From contig JAYSWN010000156.1 of assembly GCA_043718025.1 (NCBI GenBank), positions 1 through 23,242 of the forward strand: 23,242 nt of DNA, in the 5' to 3' direction. Within the stretch, counting starts at the first letter, position 1. Each line of letters starts with the position of its first letter. Shown here piece after piece: positions 6,540-14,862 of this stretch. The position numbers were made by a program, and so were the translations under genes. This stretch comes from Pseudomonadota bacterium (GTDB lineage Bacteria; Bdellovibrionota; FAC87; UBA2466). A model generated the notes under the pieces. The model saw nothing but the letters and a program-made list of their open reading frames with translations. It had not been told where the DNA came from and did no database searches.

Positions 6540-7730
6540 ATGTCGGTTTTTGAAACATCGGTACAGGTCTTTTTAAAGCCGGTACTAAAGTTCCTACAAG
6601 ATGACTCCGTGACCGAAATCATGATCAACGGACCCGACACGATCTTTATTGAGCGCAAAGGCTTCGTTGAGAAAACCGACGCCAAATTTGAAGACGCCAA
6701 CTCGCTGCTTGCCGCGGTAAGAAATATTGCCCAGTTCGTAGGCCGCCCGATTGATGACGAACGCCCGTTTCTTGATGCACGGTTACCCGACGGGTCGCGC
6801 GTTCATGCGGTGGTGCCGCCAATCGCCCGCAACGGCACCACGATGGCGATTCGAAAGTTTTCGAAAACCAAACTACAACTCAAAGACTTGATCGATCGCG
6901 GCGCCATTACCCCGGATGCCGCCCGCTTTCTCGACGTTTGCCTCTACCTCAAAAAGAATATTATCGTTTCCGGAGGCACCGGCTCGGGAAAGACAACCAT
7001 CCTCGGAATCTTGGCCAGCCGCTGCATGCCCGACCAACGCATTCTGGTTCTCGAAGATTCCGCCGAATTAAAAATTCATAACGAACACGTGGTTTTCATG
7101 GAAGCCCGCCCGGCCGACGAGTACGGCAAGGGTTTAGTCTCGCTTCGTGATCTGGTTAAGTCTTCACTACGCATGCGGCCCGATCGAGTCATCGTAGGAG
7201 AGGTACGCGGCGGAGAAGCAATGGACTTGATCAGCAGCATGAACACCGGCCACTCGGGCAGCATGGGCACCGTGCACAGCAATAACCCGCGCGAGTGTTT
7301 AACCCGTCTCGAAACTTTGGCGCTCATGAACGGGGGCGACGTTCCGGTGCAAGCGATTCGCGCCCAGGTGGCCGCGGCGATAAACATCGTGATTCAACTC
7401 TCGCGCATTGCCGACGGCTCGCGCAAAGTGACTCACATCTCCGAAGGCATCGGCATGGATCTTCAGGGCAACTACATCACCAATGACGTATATTTATTCG
7501 AGCAGACCGGCCGCGACAAAGAAGGAAAAATTATCGGCGCCATGAACCCCACCGGAAATTTGCCGTCGTTCATGCGCGAAATCGAAGTGAACCATCTCCC
7601 GTTCCCCAAAGAGATGTTTAAGAAGCGAGTGGCCCCCTATGTCTCGGGCACCGCTTCCGCGCCGGGCCAGGTTACCGCGCCGGCTAAAACCCCTCCGGGC
7701 GACAAAAAGAACTCAGGCGAAGCCGCTTAG
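6540..7730 (+). CDS. cpaF: CpaF/TadA family Flp/Tad pilus assembly ATPase
   Basis: EIMINGPD, DARLPDGSRV, Walker A GGTGSGKTT, Asp box VLEDSAEL, Walker B RMRPDRVIVGEVRG and His box NTGHSGSMGTVH. ATG 6540 (GAGG upstream) is preferred because ATG 6501 overlaps the sigma28 -10 box. Confidence 0.92.
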   Translation: MSVFETSVQVFLKPVLKFLQDDSVTEIMINGPDTIFIERKGFVEKTDAKFEDANSLLAAVRNIAQFVGRPIDDERPFLDARLPDGSRVHAVVPPIARNGTTMAIRKFSKTKLQLKDLIDRGAITPDAARFLDVCLYLKKNIIVSGGTGSGKTTILGILASRCMPDQRILVLEDSAELKIHNEHVVFMEARPADEYGKGLVSLRDLVKSSLRMRPDRVIVGEVRGGEAMDLISSMNTGHSGSMGTVHSNNPRECLTRLETLALMNGGDVPVQAIRAQVAAAINIVIQLSRIADGSRKVTHISEGIGMDLQGNYITNDVYLFEQTGRDKEGKIIGAMNPTGNLPSFMREIEVNHLPFPKEMFKKRVAPYVSGTASAPGQVTAPAKTPPGDKKNSGEAA

Positions 7731-7758
7731 ATTGTCTGAATCCCTCTGGCCATAAGGC

Positions 7759-10329
7759 CTAACGTACGGTCAACGGATCGGTGGGCTTAAAATAATATTC
7801 TGGGGATTTTTGCAGAAGCTCTAAATACAACGAAAAATCTTTTTCAATCTCCCTCAGCCCTTCCTCTTGGGGCCGAAGTTCTACCATCGACTTCTCGCCA
7901 ATCGAAAGCAGCTTCAAATTCTCCATCAACGAGATGGCATTGGCGTAGTTTTGACTGGATCGGCTTTCCGTAAACACCAAACTGCCTTGCAACTCCCGCA
8001 CGTCGGCGTACTTGATCACCCGTTGCAGCAACGTCCTTTTTTCAATCTTCATTGGCTTCGACGACATCACGAACTGCAAAGTGGTGAGGTACCCCTCCAA
8101 AATTTCGCCCAACACGCGATAGTAAACCGACATGTCACCAAGCTTTTGAAAGCGCTGGATAAAGTGTAATTTCAAGTCAGTGAGCGACGCCGACTCAGCC
8201 CCATCGTAACCCCAAAATTCTTTCCACAAGGTTTCCACTTCCAAAGTAAACACCGGGGTGGGCTCGAAGAAAAAATCAAATTTCAACAGGTTCCTCAAAT
8301 TCAAAATTTTGTCGAGCCACTGGTCACGGTAAATCTTTTTATCGTCTCCCGACTCTTCCATAATGTGGAGAAACGTGAGTATCGAAAGGGAGAGGGTAAC
8401 AAAAATATGGATCGAGTTATTTTTATAGAAATTTAAGATCGCACGTTTCGACACTTCACAAGAAAAAGTGCGGGGCACGCCGCTATTTACCATCGCAATG
8501 TTTTGCGACTGAATTTGCCGAATAATCTGTTCTACACTGTGGCGAAGCGAGACTCCTTCGGTGACCACCAGGGGCCGGTTGTGTTTCTGAGCAAACTCCG
8601 CCAGCTGGTTTACGCAACGAAGAATGTCTTCTAGCGAAAGCTCTAACGTGTGGTGGCAGAGCAAAACCGACGATACCAATGCCTTCGGGGTAATCGGCGT
8701 GACGTCGGTAATCTTTTTACAAATTTGAAAGGCCGTCTTCTGCAGGCCGAGCAGATCATCGCCGGGCGTATTGTCTAACGCGGCCCGGGCCGACAGCGGC
8801 TCAGCCACCCGCACGTAGACTCGCCCGAACTTGCGCTTAATAATGCTACGCGAACTGATCAGTGCCCCCGCACTTTCCTTTTTTTTCTCAGCCCCGGCCA
8901 GCTCTTTAGAATAAGCGCCCTGCTCAGGAATTTCGTCGTAGCAAATTGCCACCGGCGCCAGCACGATATCTTCCACCAAATTTTTCTGGCACGCTTCCAT
9001 CACCATTTTAAGCATGCCAAATTGGGGGGCCATCATTTTCCCCGAGCGACTGCGAGTGCCCTCAATAAAAAACATGAGCGTGTAGCGGCTCTTGAGCAGA
9101 TGCTCCACGTATTTTTTTAGGCAAATCGAATACAAAGGGTCATTACGAAACGAACGACGAATAAAGAAAGCCCCGCCCACCCTTAAAAAATAGCCGACGG
9201 GCCAGAACGCCAAATTAATTCCCGCGGCAATGTGGGGGGTGACCATATCGTGGACAAACAAAGAGTAGGGGAGAACCAAATAGTCGAGGTGGCTGCGGTG
9301 GCAAGGGATATAGACCACGGGTTTGGTCTTCCCGGTCTCCCGTAAACGCTGAAACTCCGAATCATTGATCACCACGCCCTCGAAAACCTTATTGAAGAGC
9401 CAGGTTAGCAAAACGTAGAGAACTTCGATCGCCCGAAAAGTGTAGTTAGCTGAGATTTCGGTGAGATTTTTATAAACCCGCCGTTCGACCGTTCTCAGAC
9501 TTACCTTATCTTCGCTGGCAATTTTTTGTACCAGAGCCATGATTTCAGGATGCTGCGCAATGGTCTCCTTCATCGACAGCGGAGACAAGAAGCGGGGCCC
9601 CAGTAGCACGCGCATCTCTTGATTAACGGTGACTAAAATTTTACGGCGCAAAGCCTTTGCCGCCACTAAAGGGGCCTCGTCGTTCGGCGAGAGTGCTGCT
9701 TCGGGGTCTTTTTGATTTAGACTTAGGCTGCCCAAATAGCGAACGGTGGAGTCGCGCCGGCGGCGGGCCAGATACCACATCTGCCCAATCAAATTCGGGC
9801 TGGAGCTTAAGCCCCATAAATATTCAATAAGCTGACGCCCTTCGCCGCGGGCGTGCTTGCGCCACACGATGAGGATGGGCAGCAGAGTGAGCCAATTTGC
9901 CCTGGGGCCGTGGCCAACGGCTTTTAAAATATCGGCGAAAAGACGCTCAAGCCGGGTGGGCACAAACGGTTGTTTGCGTTCGCTCTTGGGACAAAATAAA
10001 AGACGCGGCCCACTTTCGCGTTCGTCGAGAAACAGGTCGGCGTAAGTGCGGCGCCGAAAAAGAATTTGAAAGAAGAAGAGCGGCCGGGAGAAGAGCAGAA
10101 TGCGCTTTCGGTTAGCAATAAGGATGGCGCCAAAACCGTTGCGGCGGCTCCAACTCGACAAGATGAGCCACTCGACCATTCCGCCGTGAGTTAACACGAA
10201 CGTGGCGCGGCCATCGTTTTGAAATCGCGCAATTTTTTCGACGGGTAGATCGAATTCAAAACGGAGAAAAACTGCCTCCGAGATAAGCCCCCACACCCGA
10301 TCGATGAGCTCGTATACTTTATTCAACAT
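7759..10329 (-). CDS. plsB: Glycerol-3-phosphate 1-O-acyltransferase (PlsB/GPAT family)
   Basis: Acyltransferase blocks CHRSHLDY (HxxxxD), AAGINL, GAFFIRRSF and FFIEGTRSRSGK. The 856-aa length is typical of PlsB. Confidence 0.9.
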   Translation of the reverse strand: MLNKVYELIDRVWGLISEAVFLRFEFDLPVEKIARFQNDGRATFVLTHGGMVEWLILSSWSRRNGFGAILIANRKRILLFSRPLFFFQILFRRRTYADLFLDERESGPRLLFCPKSERKQPFVPTRLERLFADILKAVGHGPRANWLTLLPILIVWRKHARGEGRQLIEYLWGLSSSPNLIGQMWYLARRRRDSTVRYLGSLSLNQKDPEAALSPNDEAPLVAAKALRRKILVTVNQEMRVLLGPRFLSPLSMKETIAQHPEIMALVQKIASEDKVSLRTVERRVYKNLTEISANYTFRAIEVLYVLLTWLFNKVFEGVVINDSEFQRLRETGKTKPVVYIPCHRSHLDYLVLPYSLFVHDMVTPHIAAGINLAFWPVGYFLRVGGAFFIRRSFRNDPLYSICLKKYVEHLLKSRYTLMFFIEGTRSRSGKMMAPQFGMLKMVMEACQKNLVEDIVLAPVAICYDEIPEQGAYSKELAGAEKKKESAGALISSRSIIKRKFGRVYVRVAEPLSARAALDNTPGDDLLGLQKTAFQICKKITDVTPITPKALVSSVLLCHHTLELSLEDILRCVNQLAEFAQKHNRPLVVTEGVSLRHSVEQIIRQIQSQNIAMVNSGVPRTFSCEVSKRAILNFYKNNSIHIFVTLSLSILTFLHIMEESGDDKKIYRDQWLDKILNLRNLLKFDFFFEPTPVFTLEVETLWKEFWGYDGAESASLTDLKLHFIQRFQKLGDMSVYYRVLGEILEGYLTTLQFVMSSKPMKIEKRTLLQRVIKYADVRELQGSLVFTESRSSQNYANAISLMENLKLLSIGEKSMVELRPQEEGLREIEKDFSLYLELLQKSPEYYFKPTDPLTVR

Positions 10330-10353
10330 CGCCCCAAAACAAGAGAGTTCCTC

Positions 10354-10382
10354 AAGTTAGATGCAGGGCGACAGAATGGCAA
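10354..10382 (-). promoter_or_regulatory. Putative sigma70 promoter of plsB
   Basis: Minus strand TTGCCA (10382-10377), 17 nt, TAACTT (10359-10354). Confidence 0.45.
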
Positions 10383-10534
10383 ATAATCCTGCTCTTGGAC
10401 GAAAGCCCCCCGCTAAATAGCCCAAAGCGTTATGATCTTGTCGGTTAATGACGATATCAACAGAGTTTAATCATGCCCTGCCAAAGCCACAATAATGGAG
10501 GAAAACAGCACTATCTATAAAGGGGGGATCTGAA

Positions 10535-11698
10535 ATGAAAGAACTATTAGCTTTGCTCGCGGGTTTGAGCTCACCGGTGCAAGACAGCCTGCCAAATCGC
10601 GCACTTTACGTCGATGTTAATTTTAAAGACATTGCCGAATTACACCGTCTGGCCGACGACAACAACGACGTGGCCGGTATTGATTACGAAAACAAGGTCA
10701 TCACCTTGGTGGTTCGCGGCTCCGGCCTGCGTAATACCCACGGTATGAATGTAGCGGGGGTGCGCAACGTTCGCACGCCGGATGCAGAATACAAGAAGCC
10801 AACCGACGTCGAAAAAATGTTGAAAGACATCGAACGCGACTATCCAGGCTTGGCGCAGGTACGGTCGATTGGCAAATCGATCGAAGGGCGCGACATTTGG
10901 GCAATCCATTTAACCAACCGCGAGGTTAGCAGCGGCAGCGAAAAGCCCACGGTGATGTTCGATGCCATGCACCACGCTCGCGAAGTGATGACGCCTGAGG
11001 TGGCGCTAGACATTGCGACCTACCTTACCTCGAATTTTGCCGCGGATGCCAAAGTTCAAAAATGGCTGAATGATTACAGCGTGTGGGTTATCCCCATGGT
11101 CAATCCCGATGGAAACAATAAGGTCTGGTCAGAAGACTCGATGTGGCGAAAAAATGCGCGCGATGGCCATGGCGTGGACATCAATCGTAACTACGAAGCC
11201 ACCTGGAACGAATGCGGCGGATCATCGGGAAGCAAGAATTCCCAAACTTACCGAGGTGCGTCTGCGGGTTCCGAGCCAGAAACCCAGGCAATGGAGCAAT
11301 TTACCCGCGAGATCAAACCCAAATTCAATATCTCGTACCACTCTTTTTCCGAGATTGTGATCTACCCCATGGGCTGCTCACCAAAACTGGTAGAAGAGCA
11401 AGATCGTAAAATCTACGAGGGAACCGGAAAGGCTCTCGCCGGGAAACTGAAACGCGACAGCGGCAGTGGGTCTTACAAGGCGGGCACTTCTTATGACCTG
11501 CTTTACAACGTAGACGGGGGTTCGATCGACTGGATGTACACCCAAGAAAAGGTGATGTCTTACGTGATCGAAGTGAACTCGACTTCGCAAGGGTTTCAGC
11601 CTTCGTTCTCCAAGTGGAGAGATAAAACGGTGACGGGCCAACGCGCCGGCTGGATGTACATTCTGGATCAAATGAGCGAGCCAGGCATCCGCGACTAA
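10535..11698 (+). CDS. M14 family zinc carboxypeptidase (carboxypeptidase T-like), probably secreted
   Basis: HHARE (HxxE), NPDG, WRKN, GVDINRNY, SEPET, SYHSF, GGSIDW and the catalytic Glu in YVIEV. Short hydrophobic N-terminus and prodomain-like region; G-rich SD. Confidence 0.92.
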   Translation: MKELLALLAGLSSPVQDSLPNRALYVDVNFKDIAELHRLADDNNDVAGIDYENKVITLVVRGSGLRNTHGMNVAGVRNVRTPDAEYKKPTDVEKMLKDIERDYPGLAQVRSIGKSIEGRDIWAIHLTNREVSSGSEKPTVMFDAMHHAREVMTPEVALDIATYLTSNFAADAKVQKWLNDYSVWVIPMVNPDGNNKVWSEDSMWRKNARDGHGVDINRNYEATWNECGGSSGSKNSQTYRGASAGSEPETQAMEQFTREIKPKFNISYHSFSEIVIYPMGCSPKLVEEQDRKIYEGTGKALAGKLKRDSGSGSYKAGTSYDLLYNVDGGSIDWMYTQEKVMSYVIEVNSTSQGFQPSFSKWRDKTVTGQRAGWMYILDQMSEPGIRD

Positions 11699-11707
11699 GT
11701 TTTTACC

Positions 11708-11749
11708 GCCTGCTCTTTGCCTCGTTTCGGGGCGGGAGCAGGCTTTTTT
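11708..11749 (+). terminator. Intrinsic terminator after the carboxypeptidase gene
   Basis: GCCTGCTC...GAGCAGGC stem (11708-11715 with 11736-11743) with further internal G-C/G-U pairing, followed by T6. Confidence 0.75.
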
Positions 11750-11768
11750 ATGCCTTTTGCGGAAACCG

Positions 11769-12470
11769 TTATTCGGTAATCTCCCAATTGATGGCCGCCT
11801 TGCCCCACCCCTTCAAGATTTGGTTGGCTTGCGAGAACGGCCGGCTGCCAAAAAATCCCGCGTAGGCCGAAAGGGGCGAGGGATGAGCCGACTCGATCAC
11901 TTTATGGCGCGAGAGGTCCAGCAGCGCCTTCTTTTTTCTGGCGGAGGCACCCCATAAAATAAACAGCACCGGCTCTTTGCGAGAGTTTAGCCTTTGCATC
12001 ACCGCGTTCGTAAACTCTTCCCACCCTTTTTCCCGGTGAGAAAACGCCTGCCCTTGTCTCACCGTTAATACGGTGTTGAGCAGCAACACGCCCTGATTTA
12101 CCCATTGGCTCAACTCGGACTTGGTGCGATCTACCTTTAGGCCCAAATCGGATTCAATCTCTTTAAAAATATTGACGAGACTAGGAGGCTTGCGGGTCAA
12201 CGCATTGGGCACCGCAAAGCAAAGCCCCACCGCTTGATTCGGTCCGTGGTAAGGGTCTTGCCCTAAAATGACGACCTTTACTTTTTCAAAATCGATCTCT
12301 TGAAGGGCACGCAAAACCTTTTCGCGCGAAGGAAACACCACTTGTTTTGAGCGGTACTCTTCCCGCAAGAATGACGACAGCTCTTTAAAATAGCCCTTAT
12401 CGGCCTCCGGCTCAAGGTGCCGACGCCAGCCGGGAGGAAGATTTTTGGGAAAGGCTGCCTGGTCTTTCAT
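11769..12470 (-). CDS. ung: Uracil-DNA glycosylase, family 1
   Basis: ILGQDPYH, AVGLCF, PPSLVNIFKE, GVLLLNTVLTV and HPSPLS motifs. Confidence 0.96.
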   Translation of the reverse strand: MKDQAAFPKNLPPGWRRHLEPEADKGYFKELSSFLREEYRSKQVVFPSREKVLRALQEIDFEKVKVVILGQDPYHGPNQAVGLCFAVPNALTRKPPSLVNIFKEIESDLGLKVDRTKSELSQWVNQGVLLLNTVLTVRQGQAFSHREKGWEEFTNAVMQRLNSRKEPVLFILWGASARKKKALLDLSRHKVIESAHPSPLSAYAGFFGSRPFSQANQILKGWGKAAINWEITE

Positions 12471-12476
12471 CCGCGG

Positions 12477-12505
12477 ACTCTAAAAGTCTGACCCCAGTCG
12501 GTCAA
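12477..12505 (-). promoter_or_regulatory. Putative sigma70 promoter of ung (likely leaderless transcript)
   Basis: Minus strand TTGACC (12505-12500), 17 nt, TAGAGT (12482-12477), 6 nt, ATG. Confidence 0.55.
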
Positions 12506-12525
12506 ATCCCGAGTAAACTTATCCC

Positions 12526-13191
12526 ATGCCCACCGCAAAACCATCTACCGCCACCGCTACGGTAATCACGCTCGATTACCGCAACACGGCGCACCGCGAA
12601 GCGGCCGCCGATCTAGTTTTAAACCTCTTTGCCGAAAGCCCCGCGGCGGTGCTGGGGAAACATTTTCTTACCGAATTCTATTTTCTCGACCTGGTCCGCG
12701 ATCAAGAATTGGAGTGTCTGCTTTACTCCCACCACGGAAAGTACGTTGCCTTCGCGCTCTACACCGAAAACCCATTCGGCTTCATAAAAAAAGGCATTCG
12801 TCGCCATTTTGCAAAACTGAGTTGGCTCACGGCAATCAGTTTAGCTTCGCGCCCGTCGCGCTTGGCCACCCTTTTTAACGTGCTTCAACAGGGCGCCTGG
12901 CGCCACCAAAATGACCCCGGAAAAAAAATCGGCGAACTGCTCACGTTTGGAGTGCTAGAGGCGTTTCGCAATGAAGTGGTGCCGCAAAGCGGAAAAAAAA
13001 TTTCGGCCCACCTATTTTTTGCGTCACTCAAAAATATGCGCAAACAGGGCTGTCAAATCGCGCAGCTCGTTGCCTACAAAGACAACGTCAAGGCACAAGC
13101 GTTTTTTAAAAAATGTGGCGGCGTGGTGGATGACGTCGCCTACCTTTCCCAGCGCTCTAATGTGATTCGATTCGATCTGGAGAGTTTATGA
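12526..13191 (+). CDS. GNAT family N-acetyltransferase
   Basis: ELLTFGVLEAFRN...KKISAHL (motif A with an insertion) and QLVAYKDNVKAQAFFKKCG (motif B). Confidence 0.7.
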   Translation: MPTAKPSTATATVITLDYRNTAHREAAADLVLNLFAESPAAVLGKHFLTEFYFLDLVRDQELECLLYSHHGKYVAFALYTENPFGFIKKGIRRHFAKLSWLTAISLASRPSRLATLFNVLQQGAWRHQNDPGKKIGELLTFGVLEAFRNEVVPQSGKKISAHLFFASLKNMRKQGCQIAQLVAYKDNVKAQAFFKKCGGVVDDVAYLSQRSNVIRFDLESL

Positions 13192-14090
13192 GCTACGCCG
13201 CGATTGCGCTTCATTTCGACTCGCTCGCTGAAGCTTACGGATTTCCAGAGGGCTATCAAGACCCTTCGTTCACCGAGATCGCCGCTCGATTTTTCAAAAT
13301 CGCCGACCAACGCGAGTTTCGCTACTCCATTTTCATGATCGCACGAGATCTAGAAAATGCCGCCAATCGTGAGGCGGTAAAGCGCTGGCATTTGGCCGGC
13401 CACGAAATTGGCAACCATTCCTACTCTCATCGCTACGACTACGGTGCCCTAGGCAAGGCCGCCATCAAGGCCGACCTGACTCGCGCCAACGATTTAATTA
13501 CCATGGCGTGCGGAGTGGCGCCGCGCGGTTTTGCCGCCCCGGCGTGGTCAAGCTCGATGAACTTGAGCAATGCACTTGAAGAGTTAGGCTACCATTACAA
13601 CGCCTCGATGATGCCTTCCTGGTTGCGTTATGCCGCCATGGCCAAAGTTGCGCAAAATTTTTGGGGCACCCGCCGGGTTTATTATTGCGTAAATCAAAGA
13701 GATGTTTTCAAGCCCTTGTTTGGCGCCCGTAACGCCTACGTTACCAAAAAAGGGCTATTTGAAATTCCGGTTCCGACCGATCGTCTCCGCCGCGCCTGCT
13801 GGCATACGGTGGCCTTCGTTTTTGGCTGGAAGGCCCACGAGCAAATTTTACGACGGTCACTAGATGAAGTTGAGGCGTTTCACTACGTCGTGCATCCGGC
13901 CGATCTGCTTTCGCCTGAACTCTTGAAGCACGAACAGCCGCTTAACCTCGCCAGGGTTAACGTGCCGCTAGAAACCAAACAACGCTACCTTGAGCAATCG
14001 ATTGAGATCATCCAAAAAAGCGGCCGAAAAATTGTAACCATGGATGAGATGACCAACCTGCTCAATCCCCAGTCCCCCGGACGGCGCTAA
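13188..14090 (+). CDS. Polysaccharide deacetylase family (CE4/NodB-like) protein with atypical motifs
   Basis: GHEIGNHSYSH metal motif, GFAAPAW, EIPV and VHPADL. ATGA overlap with the GNAT gene. Confidence 0.85.
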   Translation: MSYAAIALHFDSLAEAYGFPEGYQDPSFTEIAARFFKIADQREFRYSIFMIARDLENAANREAVKRWHLAGHEIGNHSYSHRYDYGALGKAAIKADLTRANDLITMACGVAPRGFAAPAWSSSMNLSNALEELGYHYNASMMPSWLRYAAMAKVAQNFWGTRRVYYCVNQRDVFKPLFGARNAYVTKKGLFEIPVPTDRLRRACWHTVAFVFGWKAHEQILRRSLDEVEAFHYVVHPADLLSPELLKHEQPLNLARVNVPLETKQRYLEQSIEIIQKSGRKIVTMDEMTNLLNPQSPGRR

Positions 14091-14860
14091 AGCCCAAAAA
14101 ATCTGCGGGCATTGGTGGTGGTGATGTCGGCAATTTTTTCAAGGGTAACCCCGCGAACGGTGGCCAGGCATTTGGCGGTCTCGGGGAGAAAACCCGGTTC
14201 ATTGGGTTTCCCCCGGTGGGGAATGGGAGCGAGGTAAGGACAATCCGTCTCAATGAGCAATAAATTTTCGGGGGCGGATTTTGCGGCGTCCCGCAAAGTC
14301 TGCGCCGTTTTAAAAGTGAGAATTCCCGAAAAAGAGAGGTACAGGCCCAGTTCGGCCGCCAGTCTTGCCTCTTCCACGCCGCCGGTAAAACAGTGCAAAA
14401 CGCCCCCCCGCTCGGGCACCTTTTTGCGTTTAAGAATCTCAAACAGGTCGGTGAAAGCGTCGCGACAGTGAATGATGAGCGGCAGTTTCCACTTAACCGC
14501 CAGGTCGTGCTGCTCTTCGAACGCCTCGATCTGATTTTCGCGGGTAGCGTGGTTGTAATGATAGTCGAGCCCCATCTCGCCCAGCGCCACGCATTTTTTT
14601 TGGGCCGCGGGCTCGGCGTAGAACTTTTCCATCAACGGTCGCACGGTTTTCCAGCGGTCGGTTTCATGAGGGTGCACTCCCACCGCGTGGTAAACCCCTT
14701 CGTACTTTTCGGCGAACTTTTGGTTTTTTTCCCAATTGGTTTCATCGGTGGACACCGACACCAACTCTTTAATGTTCGCCGCTTTGGCGCGCGCCCAGGC
14801 GTCATCGCCCTCGGTGTGGGTAAGTAGCGTCAAGTGAGCGTGGGTGTCGAAGTAACTCAT
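14087..14860 (-). CDS. tatD: TatD family deoxyribonuclease
   Basis: DTHAHL, GVHPH, GEMGLDY, IIHCRDA, GVLHCF, ETDCPYLAP and GKPNEP. Confidence 0.95.
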   Translation of the reverse strand: MSYFDTHAHLTLLTHTEGDDAWARAKAANIKELVSVSTDETNWEKNQKFAEKYEGVYHAVGVHPHETDRWKTVRPLMEKFYAEPAAQKKCVALGEMGLDYHYNHATRENQIEAFEEQHDLAVKWKLPLIIHCRDAFTDLFEILKRKKVPERGGVLHCFTGGVEEARLAAELGLYLSFSGILTFKTAQTLRDAAKSAPENLLLIETDCPYLAPIPHRGKPNEPGFLPETAKCLATVRGVTLEKIADITTTNARRFFGL

Positions 14861-14862
14861 GC

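Noticed and set aside
5187..7730. CpaF ATPase region as part of a conjugative or mobile element (VirB11/TrbB)
   Set aside because: No relaxase, VirB4, integrase or att-like boundaries. The flanks are housekeeping genes and the motifs fit CpaF/TadA.
10377..10392. Sigma54-like TGGCAAATAATCCTGC upstream of the carboxypeptidase
   Set aside because: Spacing is GG-N11-GC rather than the strict N10, and the same bases fit a -35 box for plsB on the other strand.
13188..14090. Deacetylase as a Bdellovibrio-type exported prey-wall GlcNAc deacetylase
   Set aside because: There is no signal peptide, and the motifs differ from canonical peptidoglycan deacetylases.
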